A stretch of DNA of 64,000 bases from an uncultured Nitrospiraceae bacterium (GTDB lineage: Bacteria; Nitrospirota; Nitrospiria; Nitrospirales; Nitrospiraceae). Shown here piece by piece: positions 10,011-26,248 of the stretch (positions are counted from its first letter, which is position 1; the number at the start of each line of letters is the position of its first letter). Made by a program: the position numbers and the translations under genes. The notes under the pieces are model-generated. The model had not been told where the DNA came from. It did no database searches and was given only the letters and a program-made list of their open reading frames with translations. The stretch lies in the NCBI GenBank assembly GCA_963706325.1, contig CAVPLT010000004.1, positions 832,001-896,000 on the forward strand, in the 5' to 3' direction.

Positions 10011-15218
<5,208 letters not shown>

Positions 15219-15219
<1 letters not shown>

Positions 15220-16178
15220 TATCGGCCAGGATGTAGAGGGTCATCGCTCTCGAAGAAAAAATCGCCTAACCCTTGAGGCAAGGCCTGGTCGCCGAGGGCG
15301 CGCTTGCGCCGCCGCGACTGAGTCGGCAAATCCAGGGCCTCTTCGCCCAGCACCTTGAGGAGGGATTCACGCCAGGCAGCATCGGCAGAAAGCGGGTCAG
15401 CCGGATCCTGCGCACGACGTTTCAGGGCGTATTGCAGGAGGTGGATCCCATCGCGAACCGAATAGTCGAGATTGAGTTGGTGGGCCTCCTGAAGAAATTC
15501 GACGGTCACAGCGAGCATCTCCGCCGGAGCAAAGGGCAGATGGTAGCGTAGAATCGCCAACTCATCCTCGCGAGCGGGAAATCCCATGCCCAGCGTCGGC
15601 TGCAGGCGTGACAGAATATAGTCTGGAATCTCATACGTCGAGGCGTCCTCGTTCATGGTGACGCAGCAGCGAAAATCCGCATGGGCCTTGATCAGAATTC
15701 CGGCGATGATCGACTCTACGCAACGCCGGTGATCCAGCAGTGGAGCCAAGGACGCCCAGCTCTTCTCATTCATGCGGTTGCCCTCGTCCAGCACGCAAAT
15801 ACTGCCTGTCAGCACCGCGGTGATTAAGGGGGATGCGTGGTAGCTGATGGTGCCTGACTCAGCCAGCACGGGCGTTATCAGCAAATCTTCGGGACGCGTG
15901 TCCGCTGTGCACTGAAAAATATACAGATCTTGTTTTCGTTCTCGTGCGCCGGCCATCGCCAATGTGGTTTTGCCGATTCCTGGTTGGCCGGTGATACGTG
16001 GCGACAGGGGCAGATCGCGCTCATCGATGACCAGCCAGCAGGCCAGTAGTTGTTTAAGTGTTTCCCGGTTCCCGATCCATTCTTGGCCCATCGTCATGGG
16101 TTGCGCGAGGTGCAGGGTGATGCCTTCAATAGCGAGGGTGCGAGACGCCGACGGTGTTGCGCTGGATGACATGGTCAT
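15219..16178 (-). CDS. MoxR-family AAA+ ATPase (AAA_5 type)
   Basis: Walker [10 protein letters not shown], Walker B VLDEGNR, sensor TMN, R-finger LSRL. Confidence 0.88.
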
Positions 16179-16272
16179 TGTGTGGGCCGATTGGTTAGAA
16201 TAGGTGCAAATCTGTTGCGACCGTAGCATAGGGGCGGGGAGAGGGTCAAACGAAGGTCCGGCCCAAATCTCT

Positions 16273-16301
16273 TTGACTTTCGCTGCCTTGGACCGTATTC
16301 T
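16273..16301 (+). promoter_or_regulatory. Sigma70-like promoter for the LysM-trp transcript
   Basis: TTGACT-17 nt-TATTCT. Confidence 0.6.
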
Positions 16302-16406
16302 TACCACTCTCGCAAGCCGCGAAGGCGAATCGGACGAACCACCCACTTGCTCGTCTCGATCGCATGCGGAAGCAACCCATGCATATCAGCGCAGCCAAGG
16401 AGCCAC

Positions 16407-17093
16407 ATGATGAGCGAGCGTAACGGACAGATGAGACGCGCAGTTAGAGTTCCCATCGGGTTGCTCATGGTAGGTAGTCTGACCCTGAGCGGATGCGTCA
16501 TGTCGGAGAAATATGAAGCGGAGAAGGCGCGCAGTCTGAATTTTCAGCGGCTTCTGGCGCAAGAGGAAAAGCGAAGTTCAGAACTTGATAGTGAAGTAAA
16601 GCGCGCCAAGCGCGAACTCGGCGACTATGAAGCGCGGAATCGGGAGCTCGGCGCCCAAGTGGAGGCGGTACGCCAGCAAGCGGCTCAGATTCAGGAAGAG
16701 GCTCAAGCTATGAAGGAAGCATCGCTGTTGGAGAAGCGCGCGCATGAAGATATGAAGCGCCTCACCACCATCCCGTCAAGGGGGAAAAAGGCAGCCCAAG
16801 CGGCGAAGAAAGATTTTTCTGCCGCTGTCGATGAGGCGTTGAAAACAGATGTGTCCTCAGAATTGAAGATGGAATCGACGAAAGAGGTCCTTGGCCAGGA
16901 GTCTACTGCTTTGGATGCCTTCAGCGCCGATCTGTCTCCTGAGGCCGCCGACACTCATACGGTGCGGGCCGGCGACACGCTCTATCGTATCGGTCAGAAA
17001 TATCATGTCGGGGTCGACAAGTTACGCAAGTGGAACAACCTCACGAAGGACAACATTGAAGTGGGACAGAAGCTGATCGTCAGCCGACCCTAA
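16407..17093 (+). CDS. Lipoprotein with coiled coil and C-terminal LysM domain
   Basis: AAGGAG RBS; lipobox LSGC; HTVRAGDTLYRIGQKYHVGVDKLRKWNNL...GQKLIV. Confidence 0.88.
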   Translation: MMSERNGQMRRAVRVPIGLLMVGSLTLSGCVMSEKYEAEKARSLNFQRLLAQEEKRSSELDSEVKRAKRELGDYEARNRELGAQVEAVRQQAAQIQEEAQAMKEASLLEKRAHEDMKRLTTIPSRGKKAAQAAKKDFSAAVDEALKTDVSSELKMESTKEVLGQESTALDAFSADLSPEAADTHTVRAGDTLYRIGQKYHVGVDKLRKWNNLTKDNIEVGQKLIVSRP

Positions 17094-17113
17094 CGCTCGC
17101 GATCTGTAACGGG

Positions 17114-18611
17114 ATGAACAAGCCTCACTATTCTCTGACACTGGATGAGTTTCGCGCCCTCGCGGCTGAAGGCAACCTGATCCCGCTCTTTCGCGAAATT
17201 TTGGCGGACTATGAAACGCCTGTGTCGGCGTTCGCCAAAATCGATCATGGGCCGACGGCCTATCTGCTGGAGAGCATTGCGGGCGGAGAAAACTGGGCGC
17301 GGTATTCATTTTTGGGAAGCGGATCTTCGGCGGTGATCCACGAAGAAAACGGCGATTTACGGGTGACGCGGGGGAAGAAAAGCCTGCTGCTCCAAAGCGG
17401 AGGCAATCCACTGGAGCGATTACGCGAGTTGATGGAAGAATACCGACCGGTGACCGTGCCGGGCTTGCCGCGGTTCGTCGGCGGAGCCGTGGGTTATTTC
17501 AGCTACGATATGGTGCGGAGCTTCGAGGAGCTCCCCACTGCTCGCAGGGAGAGCGTCGGACATGCCGGACCTCGCGTTTCTCCTGACGGACACGTTGCTG
17601 ATCTTTGACAATGTCTCGCAGAAGATCAAAGTGGTGGCCAACGCCTATGTGGAGTCGTCGAAGGAGCGGGACGTACGCGACGCCTATCGGCATGCGACCG
17701 CAAGAATCGAAAAGATGATCACGCGCTTGAAGCGGCCTGTGCGGCAGCCTCGGCAAAAACGGCGCCGCAAGCCCATTACGTTTACGCCGAACATGAACAA
17801 GGCCGACTTCGAAAAGATGGTCGTGCGGACGAAGGAGTATATCCTCGCCGGAGACATCGTGCAGGCCGTCCTGTCCCAGCGATGGGAAACGCAAATCCAT
17901 ACCACGCCGTTTCAGCTCTACCGTGCCCTACGGGTGATCAATCCCTCGCCTTATATGTACTATTTGCGCGTGGCCGGTGTGGAATTGGTCGGCTCGTCGC
18001 CCGAAACGCTGGTCCGTTGCGAGGATGGGCATATCTCGTTGCGTCCCATTGCCGGCACGCGCCGTCGTGGCCAGACCGGGCAAGAAGACCAGGAACTCGG
18101 ACGCCAATTGTTGGCGGATGAGAAGGAGCGGGCTGAACATGTCATGCTGGTGGATCTGGGGCGGAATGACGTGGGACGGATTGCGGCGCGCGGTTCGGTA
18201 AAGGTGGACTCGCTGATGCAGGTCGAACGATATTCTCACGTCATGCACATCGTCTCGCAGGTCACGGGGGAGCTGGAGAAAGGCAAGTCGGTGTATGATG
18301 TCATGCGAGCCTGCTTTCCAGCCGGAACCGTGTCCGGCGCGCCCAAAATTCGCGCGATGGAGATCATCGAAGAACTGGAGCCGACTCGCCGCGGGCCTTA
18401 TGCCGGGGCGGTGGGCTACTTTGGATTTTCAGGCAATATGGATCTGTGCATCAACATCCGCACCGTCGTCATCAAGGGCCGTCAGGCCTATATTCAGGCC
18501 GGCGCCGGCATCGTCGCCGATTCAATTCCTGAGCATGAATACGAAGAGACCTGTAATAAGGCGCGGGCGATGATGAAAGCGATCGAGCTCGCCGAGCAAG
18601 GGTTGGAGTGA
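17114..18611 (+). CDS. trpE: Anthranilate synthase component I, with apparent frameshift at ~17550-17561
   Basis: N-part LLES...ARYSF...GGAVGYFSYD (17114..17608); C-part PDLAFL...NPSPYM...PIAGTR...FPAGTVSGAPK (17562..18611). Confidence 0.93.
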
Positions 18612-18614
18612 GCA

Positions 18615-18688
18615 CGTCAATCGTCAATCGTGAAGCGTGAAGCGCCGGAACGGCAGGTCGACGAGACACGATTCACGAACAACGAGCG
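18615..18688. repeat. Heptamer-period intergenic repeat
   Basis: CGTCAAT CGTCAAT CGTGAAG CGTGAAG ... CGAGACA CGATTCA CGAACAA CGAG. Confidence 0.6.
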
Positions 18689-18701
18689 TCGGGTAGGTCT
18701 T

Positions 18702-19265
18702 ATGTTGTTGATGATCGATAATTACGACTCCTTCACCTATAACCTCGTGCAATATTTCGGCGAGTTGGGGGAAGATGTCCAGGTCTATCGCAACGACAAG
18801 ATTTCCCTCTCTGAAATCGACGCGCTTAAGCCCCGCCGCCTGGTCATTTCTCCCGGTCCCTGTACGCCGAAAGAAGCGGGTATTTCCGTGGAGGCGATCC
18901 GTTACTTCGGCGGAAAATTGCCATTGCTCGGGGTCTGTCTGGGCCACCAATCTCTCGCCGTGGCTTTCGGCGGTGAAGTGATCCGCGCGGAACGTCTCAT
19001 GCACGGAAAAACTTCCATGGTTCGGCATGACGGGCGTACGATCTTTCGCAAGCTTCCCAACCCCTTTGAGGCGACCCGCTACCATTCACTCATCGTGAAC
19101 CGCAAGACCTTGCCGGACTGTTTTCAAGTCAGCGCTGAAACGGCTGAAGGGGAGATTATGGGGATGCGGCACAAGACGCTGGGTATCGAAGGTGTGCAAT
19201 TCCATCCCGAGTCGATCCTCACCACCGCCGGCAAGGAGCTGCTGCGAAACTTCCTGAAGTTGTAG
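18702..19265 (+). CDS. trpG: Anthranilate/aminodeoxychorismate synthase component II (glutamine amidotransferase)
   Basis: [38 protein letters not shown]. Confidence 0.95.
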   Translation: MLLMIDNYDSFTYNLVQYFGELGEDVQVYRNDKISLSEIDALKPRRLVISPGPCTPKEAGISVEAIRYFGGKLPLLGVCLGHQSLAVAFGGEVIRAERLMHGKTSMVRHDGRTIFRKLPNPFEATRYHSLIVNRKTLPDCFQVSAETAEGEIMGMRHKTLGIEGVQFHPESILTTAGKELLRNFLKL

Positions 19266-19306
19266 CGGCGCCATCGACCGGCTGTCGCCAGCCATCAGTT
19301 CTTGAA

Positions 19307-20356
19307 ATGATCAAAGACGCGCTGCAAAAATTGGCCGATCGTGCCAATCTTACGGAACTGGAAGCCGACACCGTCATGGGTGAAATCATGGACGGCACGG
19401 CGAGCGCCGCCCAGATCGCAGCCTACCTCATGGGACTGCGAATGAAAGGCGAAACCGTTGAGGAAATTGCCGGCTCCGTGCAGGCGATGCGTGTTCGCGC
19501 GACCAAGATCCGGGTGGGCGACCTCCAGGTGGTAGACACCTGCGGGACGGGTGGGGACTGCGCGCACACGTTTAACATTTCAACCACCGCGGCCTTCGTC
19601 GTGGCTGGGGCTGGCCTGACGGTCGCGAAGCACGGCAATCGCTCGGTGTCATCCAAGTGCGGGAGCGCCGACGTCTTAGCGGCGTTGGGTGTACAGATCG
19701 ATCTTCCGCCCGAGCTGGTAGCGGATTGTGTGAACGAGATCGGGATTGGATTTCTCTTCGCCCCGCTCTACCACCGCGCCATGAAACACTGCGCTCTTCC
19801 CAGGCAGGAGCTGGGAATTCGCACCTTACTCAACATCCTCGGGCCACTGACAAACCCTGCGGGAGCTCGGTTGCAGGTCGTCGGCGTGTTCGATGCCGGA
19901 TTGACAGAGCTATTGGCCAAAGTGCTGGTGCATTTGGGTGCGCAGCACTGCTTTGTCGTCCATGGTATGGATGGGTTGGACGAGATCACGTTGACCGATC
20001 GAACCAGAATTTCAGAAGGCAAGGCGGGGGTGGTCTCAAGCTATCTGGTCGATCCATCTGAATTCGGCCTGCAACGGGTCAACCCGAAGGACCTCGTCGG
20101 CGGCGGGGTGGAAGACAATGCGGCGATGACCCGTGACATTCTTCGAGGGCGGAAGGGGCCGAAACGCGACATCGTGTGTCTGAATGCGGCGCCGGCGTTG
20201 GTGGCTGGACGTAAAGCGAAGACCCTGCAGGAAGGATTTCTGCTGGCCCAACGAACGATTGAGACGGGTGCCGCGATGGATAAATTGGAGAGACTCATCG
20301 GCTTTACAAAAAAGGCAGAACCGTATCGTGATTCTGGATCAAATTCTCGAACATAA
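19307..20356 (+). CDS. trpD: Anthranilate phosphoribosyltransferase
   Basis: DTCGTGGD, FNIST, KHGNRSVSSKCGSADVL, GPLTNP. Confidence 0.97.
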   Translation: MIKDALQKLADRANLTELEADTVMGEIMDGTASAAQIAAYLMGLRMKGETVEEIAGSVQAMRVRATKIRVGDLQVVDTCGTGGDCAHTFNISTTAAFVVAGAGLTVAKHGNRSVSSKCGSADVLAALGVQIDLPPELVADCVNEIGIGFLFAPLYHRAMKHCALPRQELGIRTLLNILGPLTNPAGARLQVVGVFDAGLTELLAKVLVHLGAQHCFVVHGMDGLDEITLTDRTRISEGKAGVVSSYLVDPSEFGLQRVNPKDLVGGGVEDNAAMTRDILRGRKGPKRDIVCLNAAPALVAGRKAKTLQEGFLLAQRTIETGAAMDKLERLIGFTKKAEPYRDSGSNSRT

Positions 20357-21152
20357 GCGAGCAGAGCTCCGGCGAAAAAACAGCCGAGGGTATCTCGCGG
20401 ACCTGAAGAACAAAATCCGCGATGCCGGGCCGACGATGGGATTTGCTGTGACCCTCGATGCGCGGCGAACGGCAGCCAAACCCGCTCTCATTGCTGAAGT
20501 GAAGAAGGCTTCGCCTAGTTTGGGGCTCCTGCGGCCTGAGTTCGCGCAACGGTTCGAGCCGGTGACCATTGCGGAAGGTTATCGTGAGCACGGCGCTGCG
20601 GCCGTCTCCGTGCTGACGGATAAAGATTTCTTTCAGGGAAGTCTGGACTATTTGGCTGCGGTGAAACAGAAGGTTGGACTTCCGGCGTTGAACAAAGAGT
20701 TCATGGTCGCGGATGTTCAATTCTACGAGGCGCGTGCCTATGGGGCGGACGCGGTGCTATTGATCGTGGCTGGTCTGGAGAAACGACAGCTCGTAGACTT
20801 TGCGGCCCTAGCCAAGGAGTTGTCGCTCGACGTGCTGGTGGAGACGCACCACGAGCGGGAGTTGGATATTGTGCTGGAGTGGTTGCCCGACGTGCGGCTA
20901 ATCGGCATCAACAATCGTGACCTCAAGACGTTTTCAACGGATCTCCAGGTCACCGTTCGGCTGGCGAAGCGTATTCCCGGCGACAAGTTGATCGTCAGTG
21001 AGAGCGGAATTCACAAACGGGACGATGTCGTCCGGCTGGTGGAGGCAGGCGTGCATGCCATGCTGATCGGGGAGTCGCTCATCAGAGCCCAGGATGTCGG
21101 CGCGAAAATTCGTGAGCTGCTGGGAACCGAGGCGAAAAAGGAGACGCGATGA
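20328..21152 (+). CDS. trpC: Indole-3-glycerol phosphate synthase
   Basis: GTG start (ILDQILEHK); IAEVKKASPS, SVLTD, GINNRDL, SESGI. Confidence 0.96.
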   Translation: MILDQILEHKRAELRRKNSRGYLADLKNKIRDAGPTMGFAVTLDARRTAAKPALIAEVKKASPSLGLLRPEFAQRFEPVTIAEGYREHGAAAVSVLTDKDFFQGSLDYLAAVKQKVGLPALNKEFMVADVQFYEARAYGADAVLLIVAGLEKRQLVDFAALAKELSLDVLVETHHERELDIVLEWLPDVRLIGINNRDLKTFSTDLQVTVRLAKRIPGDKLIVSESGIHKRDDVVRLVEAGVHAMLIGESLIRAQDVGAKIRELLGTEAKKETR

Positions 21153-21463
21153 TGCGGATGTGTGTCGTGGCGGTCTCGGCCATGTTGCTGACCCTTGCGG
21201 GCTGCGTCAATCAAGAGGTTCATGAATACTCGCCCAAGTGGGATTCCTGGATGGGGAGCAGCAAAGACGATCGCATCAAGGAAATGGGCATTCCCACCAG
21301 GTGTCATTCCTTCAAGGACGGCGGGGAAGTGTGCGAGTGGTCGGTGCCTCAGCAGGACGGGCGACAGGACCTGATCGGGCTGACGTTCAACGCAAAAGGG
21401 CAGGCCTGTCACTGGTCCTACCGCGGGTTTTACGGCATGCAGAAGAGCAAGACGAGCTGTTAA
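21149..21463 (+). CDS. Hypothetical lipoprotein embedded in the trp operon
   Basis: Lipobox LAGC; ATGA overlap with the trpC stop; 4 nt to trpF; AAGGAG RBS. Confidence 0.8.
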   Translation: MMRMCVVAVSAMLLTLAGCVNQEVHEYSPKWDSWMGSSKDDRIKEMGIPTRCHSFKDGGEVCEWSVPQQDGRQDLIGLTFNAKGQACHWSYRGFYGMQKSKTSC

Positions 21464-21467
21464 GGCC

Positions 21468-22100
21468 ATGACGGTCAAGATCAAAATCTGCGGACTCACG
21501 AACGCCGAAGATGCAGCGGTGGCCGTCGAGGCCGGCGCGGATGCAATCGGGTTTGTCTTCCATAAGAAGAGCCCGCGCTGTGCGGAGTCGGCGGTTGCGA
21601 AGGCGATCGTCAAGACGCTTCCCCCGTTTGTGTTGGCTGTCGGCGTGTTCGTGAATGAAGAGGCGAAGGTGGTTCGCGACCTCATGGACAGTTGCGGCTT
21701 GGCGCTCGCGCAACTCCACGGCGATGAAACCGCGGCCTATTGCGAGGCGCTCGGGCGTCCGCTGCTGAAGGCGATTCGCCTCCAGGATCGTCGATCGTTC
21801 TTGCCCTTGGCCGAGTTTCAGGGCCGCGCCGGTGTGAGAGGGTTTCTGGTGGATGCCTTTTCGCCCGATGCGTATGGAGGCACGGGGCGGGTTACAGATT
21901 GGTCGCTGGCCGCTGAAGCGGCATCAACTACTACCATTCTGCTGGCAGGGGGACTGACGCCGGAAAACGTGGCACAAGCCATTCGACAGGTCATGCCGTA
22001 CGGCGTCGATGTCAGCAGCGGCGTCGAAGCGAGTCCGGGCAGGAAAGATCACGACAGGGTGCGGGCGTTCGTACAGGCTGTCAGACTTGTGTCATCATAG
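21468..22100 (+). CDS. trpF: Phosphoribosylanthranilate isomerase
   Basis: KIKICGLT, QLHGDE, GGTG, LAGGL, GVDVSSGVE. Confidence 0.97.
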   Translation: MTVKIKICGLTNAEDAAVAVEAGADAIGFVFHKKSPRCAESAVAKAIVKTLPPFVLAVGVFVNEEAKVVRDLMDSCGLALAQLHGDETAAYCEALGRPLLKAIRLQDRRSFLPLAEFQGRAGVRGFLVDAFSPDAYGGTGRVTDWSLAAEAASTTTILLAGGLTPENVAQAIRQVMPYGVDVSSGVEASPGRKDHDRVRAFVQAVRLVSS

Positions 22101-22146
22101 TTTCAGCGTTTATACTTTTATTCTTTAAACAGCTGAAGGAAAGTAT

Positions 22147-23337
22147 ATGGCGATACCAGATCGACATGGGCGGTTCGGACCTTACGGTGGTCGGTATGTG
22201 CCCGAAACCCTGATGCCGGCCTTGTTGGAATTGGAAGAGGTCTATCAAGGCACACATCGGGACAAGCGATTCCAAGCCGAGCTCAAACACTATCTGAAAG
22301 ACTATGTCGGACGTCCCACCCCGCTATATTTTGCAGAGAGGCTGACGAAACGCCTGGGCGGCGCCAAAATTTATCTCAAGCGCGAAGACCTCTGTCATAC
22401 CGGCGCCCACAAGATCAACAATGCCATTGGGCAGGCGTTACTTGCGAAGCGTATGAAGAAGCCCCGTCTCATTGCTGAGACCGGGGCGGGTCAGCATGGC
22501 GTGGCGACCGCGACCGTGGCGGCCATGTTCGGTCTGGAATGCGAGATTTATATGGGGACCGAGGACATGCAACGGCAGGCGTTGAATGTCTTTCGGATGC
22601 GATTGCTCGGCGCGACCGTCACGGGGGTCGATGCCGGTAGCCGCACGCTGAAGGACGCCATCAGCGAAGCTATGCGCGATTGGACCACGAACGTGGCGAC
22701 GACTCATTACGTGCTGGGGTCCGTACTCGGCGCGCATCCCTATCCGATGATGATCAGAGATTTTCAGTCGGTGATCGGGCGGGAAGCCCGCAAGCAGATT
22801 CTGGCCGCGGAAGGCCGCCTGCCTGATGCTCTTATCGCTTGCGTCGGCGGTGGAAGCAATGCGATTGGACTGTTTCACGCCTTTGTCCCGGATAAGAAGG
22901 TCAGGTTGGTCGGTGTCGAAGCGGGAGGCCTGGGCATCGAAAGCGGGAAACATGCGGCACGGTTTGCGGGTGGCCGGCCGGGTGTACTCCAAGGCACAAT
23001 GACCTATCTGCTTCAGGACGATAACGGCCAGGTCAATCTGACGCATTCCGTATCGGCCGGCCTGGACTATGCGGCGGTAGGGCCTGAACACAGTTTTCAC
23101 AAAGAAACGAACCGTGCTCAATATACGTCCGTGACGGACGATGAGGCTTTAGCGGCGTTTGATCTGCTCGCGCGGGAGGAGGGAATTATGCCGGCGCTGG
23201 AGAGTGCTCACGCTATTGCCGAGGTGATGCGATCGGCCCCAAAAATGAAGAAAAGCCAAGTCCTCATTGTGAACTTATCTGGGCGCGGAGATAAGGACGT
23301 GCAGCAGGTCGCCAGGATGAAAGGCGTGACTCTGTAG
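22147..23337 (+). CDS. trpB: Tryptophan synthase beta chain
   Basis: [39 protein letters not shown]. Confidence 0.98.
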   Translation: MAIPDRHGRFGPYGGRYVPETLMPALLELEEVYQGTHRDKRFQAELKHYLKDYVGRPTPLYFAERLTKRLGGAKIYLKREDLCHTGAHKINNAIGQALLAKRMKKPRLIAETGAGQHGVATATVAAMFGLECEIYMGTEDMQRQALNVFRMRLLGATVTGVDAGSRTLKDAISEAMRDWTTNVATTHYVLGSVLGAHPYPMMIRDFQSVIGREARKQILAAEGRLPDALIACVGGGSNAIGLFHAFVPDKKVRLVGVEAGGLGIESGKHAARFAGGRPGVLQGTMTYLLQDDNGQVNLTHSVSAGLDYAAVGPEHSFHKETNRAQYTSVTDDEALAAFDLLAREEGIMPALESAHAIAEVMRSAPKMKKSQVLIVNLSGRGDKDVQQVARMKGVTL

Positions 23338-23461
23338 CAGGATGTTGAAAACGGCCGGCAGCTTTGTTCTCGCGGCGCTCAGAGGCTCGACGTACCGGCT
23401 GGAGTACGCCTCACCTCTTCGCTTGCTGCGGCCGCGCTGGCAGCCCTTTTGAACATCCTGC
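23337..23461. mobile_element. ~125-bp MITE-like palindromic element, copy A (trpB-trpA gap)
   Basis: Ends GCAGGATGTTGAAAA ... TTTTGAACATCCTGC (14/15 inverted repeat); interior shared with the copy at 29569. Confidence 0.72.
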
Positions 23462-23505
23462 AAGGAAGATTGTGAGAGACTAGCGAGAGGCACAGGTATA
23501 CCGAT

Positions 23506-24306
23506 ATGAATCGCTTGGATGAGACATTGGATCGGCTGAAGGCAAAGGGCGAGAAGGCGCTCATCACGTACATTATGGCGGGCGATCCATCCCTCCAGGA
23601 GACGGAGCAATTGGTGCTTGAATTGGAGCGCGCCGGAGCTGACGTGATCGAGTTAGGGGTGCCTTTTTCCGATCCCATCGCCGATGGGCCGGTGATTCAG
23701 AAGGCGGCTGAGCGCGGCCTGCGAAGCGGGACGTCACTACGAATGATACTTGAGTCTGTCCGGCGCCTTCGCGCCGACACACAGATTCCCATCGTGCTCA
23801 TGGCCTACTACAATAATATCCGCGCTTTTGGTGAAGCAGAGTTCTGTCGCAGGGCTGTCGAAGCCGGAGTGGATGGATTGATTGTCCCGGATATGCCTCC
23901 GGACGAGGCGGGACCTCTGCGGGATCCTGCCCGCGAGGCCGGTCTTCACGTGATCTTTTTGCTGGCCCCGACCAGCACGGCTGCACGGAGGGCGTATGTG
24001 GCGAAAGCTTCCGGCGGATTTGTCTATTATGTTTCCATCACCGGCATCACTGGGGCTAAACTGAGCGACATTGCGGGGGTGCGGGAGAACGTTGCCAAAA
24101 TCCGAAAGTATACGAAGACGCCCGTGGCTGTGGGGTTTGGGGTCGCCACACCGGACGATGCCGCCCGATTGGCTGACGTCTCCGACGGCGTCATCGTGGG
24201 CAGCGCCATTGTCCGTCGGGTAGGGGAGCATGGACAGGATGGTCGGCTTATTCAGGAAGTGGGCGCCTTTGTTCGTTCCCTCAAGGCGGCGATGCAGCCT
24301 GCCTGA
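23506..24306 (+). CDS. trpA: Tryptophan synthase alpha chain
   Basis: IELGVPFSDPIADGPVIQ, YYVSITGITG, VGFGV, DGVIVGSA. Confidence 0.98.
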   Translation: MNRLDETLDRLKAKGEKALITYIMAGDPSLQETEQLVLELERAGADVIELGVPFSDPIADGPVIQKAAERGLRSGTSLRMILESVRRLRADTQIPIVLMAYYNNIRAFGEAEFCRRAVEAGVDGLIVPDMPPDEAGPLRDPAREAGLHVIFLLAPTSTAARRAYVAKASGGFVYYVSITGITGAKLSDIAGVRENVAKIRKYTKTPVAVGFGVATPDDAARLADVSDGVIVGSAIVRRVGEHGQDGRLIQEVGAFVRSLKAAMQPA

Positions 24307-24519
24307 CGGACAGGTCTACGCCGTCTGTTTTCATGCGGTAGGTCTCAGTTCATTCTTCCGCGATGATCATCGCTCGTTTCCCAGGACCCGCGTCCGAAAT
24401 CACTATTCTCTCTCGTTAAAATCCACCAAGTATCCTATCGTTTCTTCACCTGGCACGCAGGTATCGCATCAGGGTGCTGTGCTGTCTTGCAACGACTAAC
24501 GGTTCAACGAGGAGCGCTT

Positions 24520-25594
24520 ATGGCCGCAGTGCGACGAATGGTGAATCCTACGATTCGCAAGAAGCCATCGAAACCTGCGGCAAGCGTAACACGCCGCAAG
24601 GCTGTGTCACGAAAGGTGAGGCCGTTATCCGGCGGTCGCTTGATCCGAAGCCTGCAGCAGCGGCTGCTCGAGGCTGTCAGTAGTTCAGCGGAGGAAGGTC
24701 GCTCGCCCATCGGTGTCTCAGCGGTGTTTGTGCAGTATTTTTGGCAACTGACAAAGGTCGATGCGATCGCCATTTATGTTCGTGATGAGCAAACCCGTGA
24801 TATGACCTGTCTGGCGGAGGCCGGTCGTGGTGATGCGTCGATCGCCGCCGACTGGCGCAAGGTGCTGATAAGGGCAGAACATCAGGCGCATGTCACAAGC
24901 GGTGATCTGCATGCATTCCGGCTCCACCGCATCGGCCGATTGGAAGGTCTAGTGATGCTTCAAACTGGACCCGCTCAACGGTTGGCCGAGCGCAAGCTCT
25001 TGACCGTGTTGAGAGCGATTGAGCCCTGGCTGGCGGTGGCCCTGGATCATGCCCGATTGACCGTCAAGTATGCCGCCAAAATTCTCCGGATTCAGCATAT
25101 GGAGCAGGTCAGCGATGTGCTCAATTCCTCGCTGGTGAAGGAGGAGAAACTGCGGCGGGCGTTGGATGCTGCCATTCGCCTGGTCGAAGCCGAAGCGGGC
25201 GCGCTCTTTCTGGAATCCCAAGACGGCACATTACAGCTGTACGCATTGAGTGGAGACCGAATCGCTGCCGTGCCATCGCTACGGTCTTCCGTCGCTGCCA
25301 CTGTGCATCGCACAGGCCAACCGGTGCTGATCACGCACGGAGATCAAGATAGCCGCGTGACGTCACAGGAGGGATGGCACGGCCGTCATCCCTGTAGCGT
25401 CACTGGTATCTGTTCCGATCCGAGCCGGAGTCCAGGCAGTGGGCGTGTTGGAAGTCGTGAATAGACGCAGCGGGAAGCCGTTCAGCAACTGGGATGTGCT
25501 CGAGCTAGCCAGTCTGTCCAATCAATTCGGTCTGGCCATCGAGAACTTTCGGAGAGGAGCGACAGGGGCGGATGCATTGAAGCAGACGGGATAG
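24520..25594 (+). CDS. Tandem GAF-domain protein with basic N-terminus; apparent frameshift at ~25370-25392
   Basis: GAGGAG RBS; after the break another frame reads PVASLVSVPIRAGVQAVGVLEVVNRRSGKPFSNWDVLELASLSNQFGLAIEN, a canonical GAF C-terminus, with stop at 25594. Confidence 0.75.
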
Positions 25595-25596
25595 GG

Positions 25597-26202
25597 CTAG
25601 CGTTTTTCAGGCGGCATGAATTTGATCATATCTGAGGCCAGCTTTGTCGCCAGATCCCGCATGTCCGGGCGGATGAAGAGGTAACTTTCTTTCACTTGAT
25701 GCCGCGCCTTCCAGACAATGGCGCCGTTCACGGCGTCAACGAGCCGCATGCTAAGGCCCACCCTGGCGATATTGTCGCCTTCCTCCCTCGTGTATTCCCA
25801 CGCGTTGACCTTCACCACCAACAGTGAGTCCGCGCCTAAGGCTTGGCCGATTTTCACGGCCGAGCTTTTGTCTGACTGGCCTGTCGTTTCCATGCGAGAG
25901 AAGTATGTCACCAGCGCATCGAAGGCGTCCTTAGTCGTTTGGAAGGTATCAGTCACCTGGTCTGGAGGCACTACTTTTTCGACTCGGCGGCTCTTGATCA
26001 ACACTTTGGCTATGACTTCTTCCACGTCCTCCCGAGCGCTATCGTAATTTCCTGAGATTGGAAGAATGGCCATCGTTTTGGGATAGAAGCCACGCGCAGC
26101 AGGCCCTTCCCACATCTCTTGAAGACCGCCGCAGCCGGTCAGCAGCGCAAACAGCAGGAAAGTGAATAGGAGGCTGATCGGTGAAGGTTTCGGATTCGTC
26201 AT
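25597..26202 (-). CDS. Lipoprotein, GNA1162/DUF799 (LpoB/CsgG-like fold)
   Basis: Lipobox LTGC; AILP, KIGQALGADSLL, RLVDAVNGAIVW. Confidence 0.7.
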   Translation of the reverse strand: MTNPKPSPISLLFTFLLFALLTGCGGLQEMWEGPAARGFYPKTMAILPISGNYDSAREDVEEVIAKVLIKSRRVEKVVPPDQVTDTFQTTKDAFDALVTYFSRMETTGQSDKSSAVKIGQALGADSLLVVKVNAWEYTREEGDNIARVGLSMRLVDAVNGAIVWKARHQVKESYLFIRPDMRDLATKLASDMIKFMPPEKR

Positions 26203-26248
26203 GGCTCTAAAGGAAGTGTAGCAGATTGAATCAAGCTTGAAGCGTACC

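Noticed and set aside
17094..17113. trp attenuator or leader peptide
   Set aside because: Only 20 nt separate the LysM gene from trpE; no Trp-codon leader or terminator hairpin.
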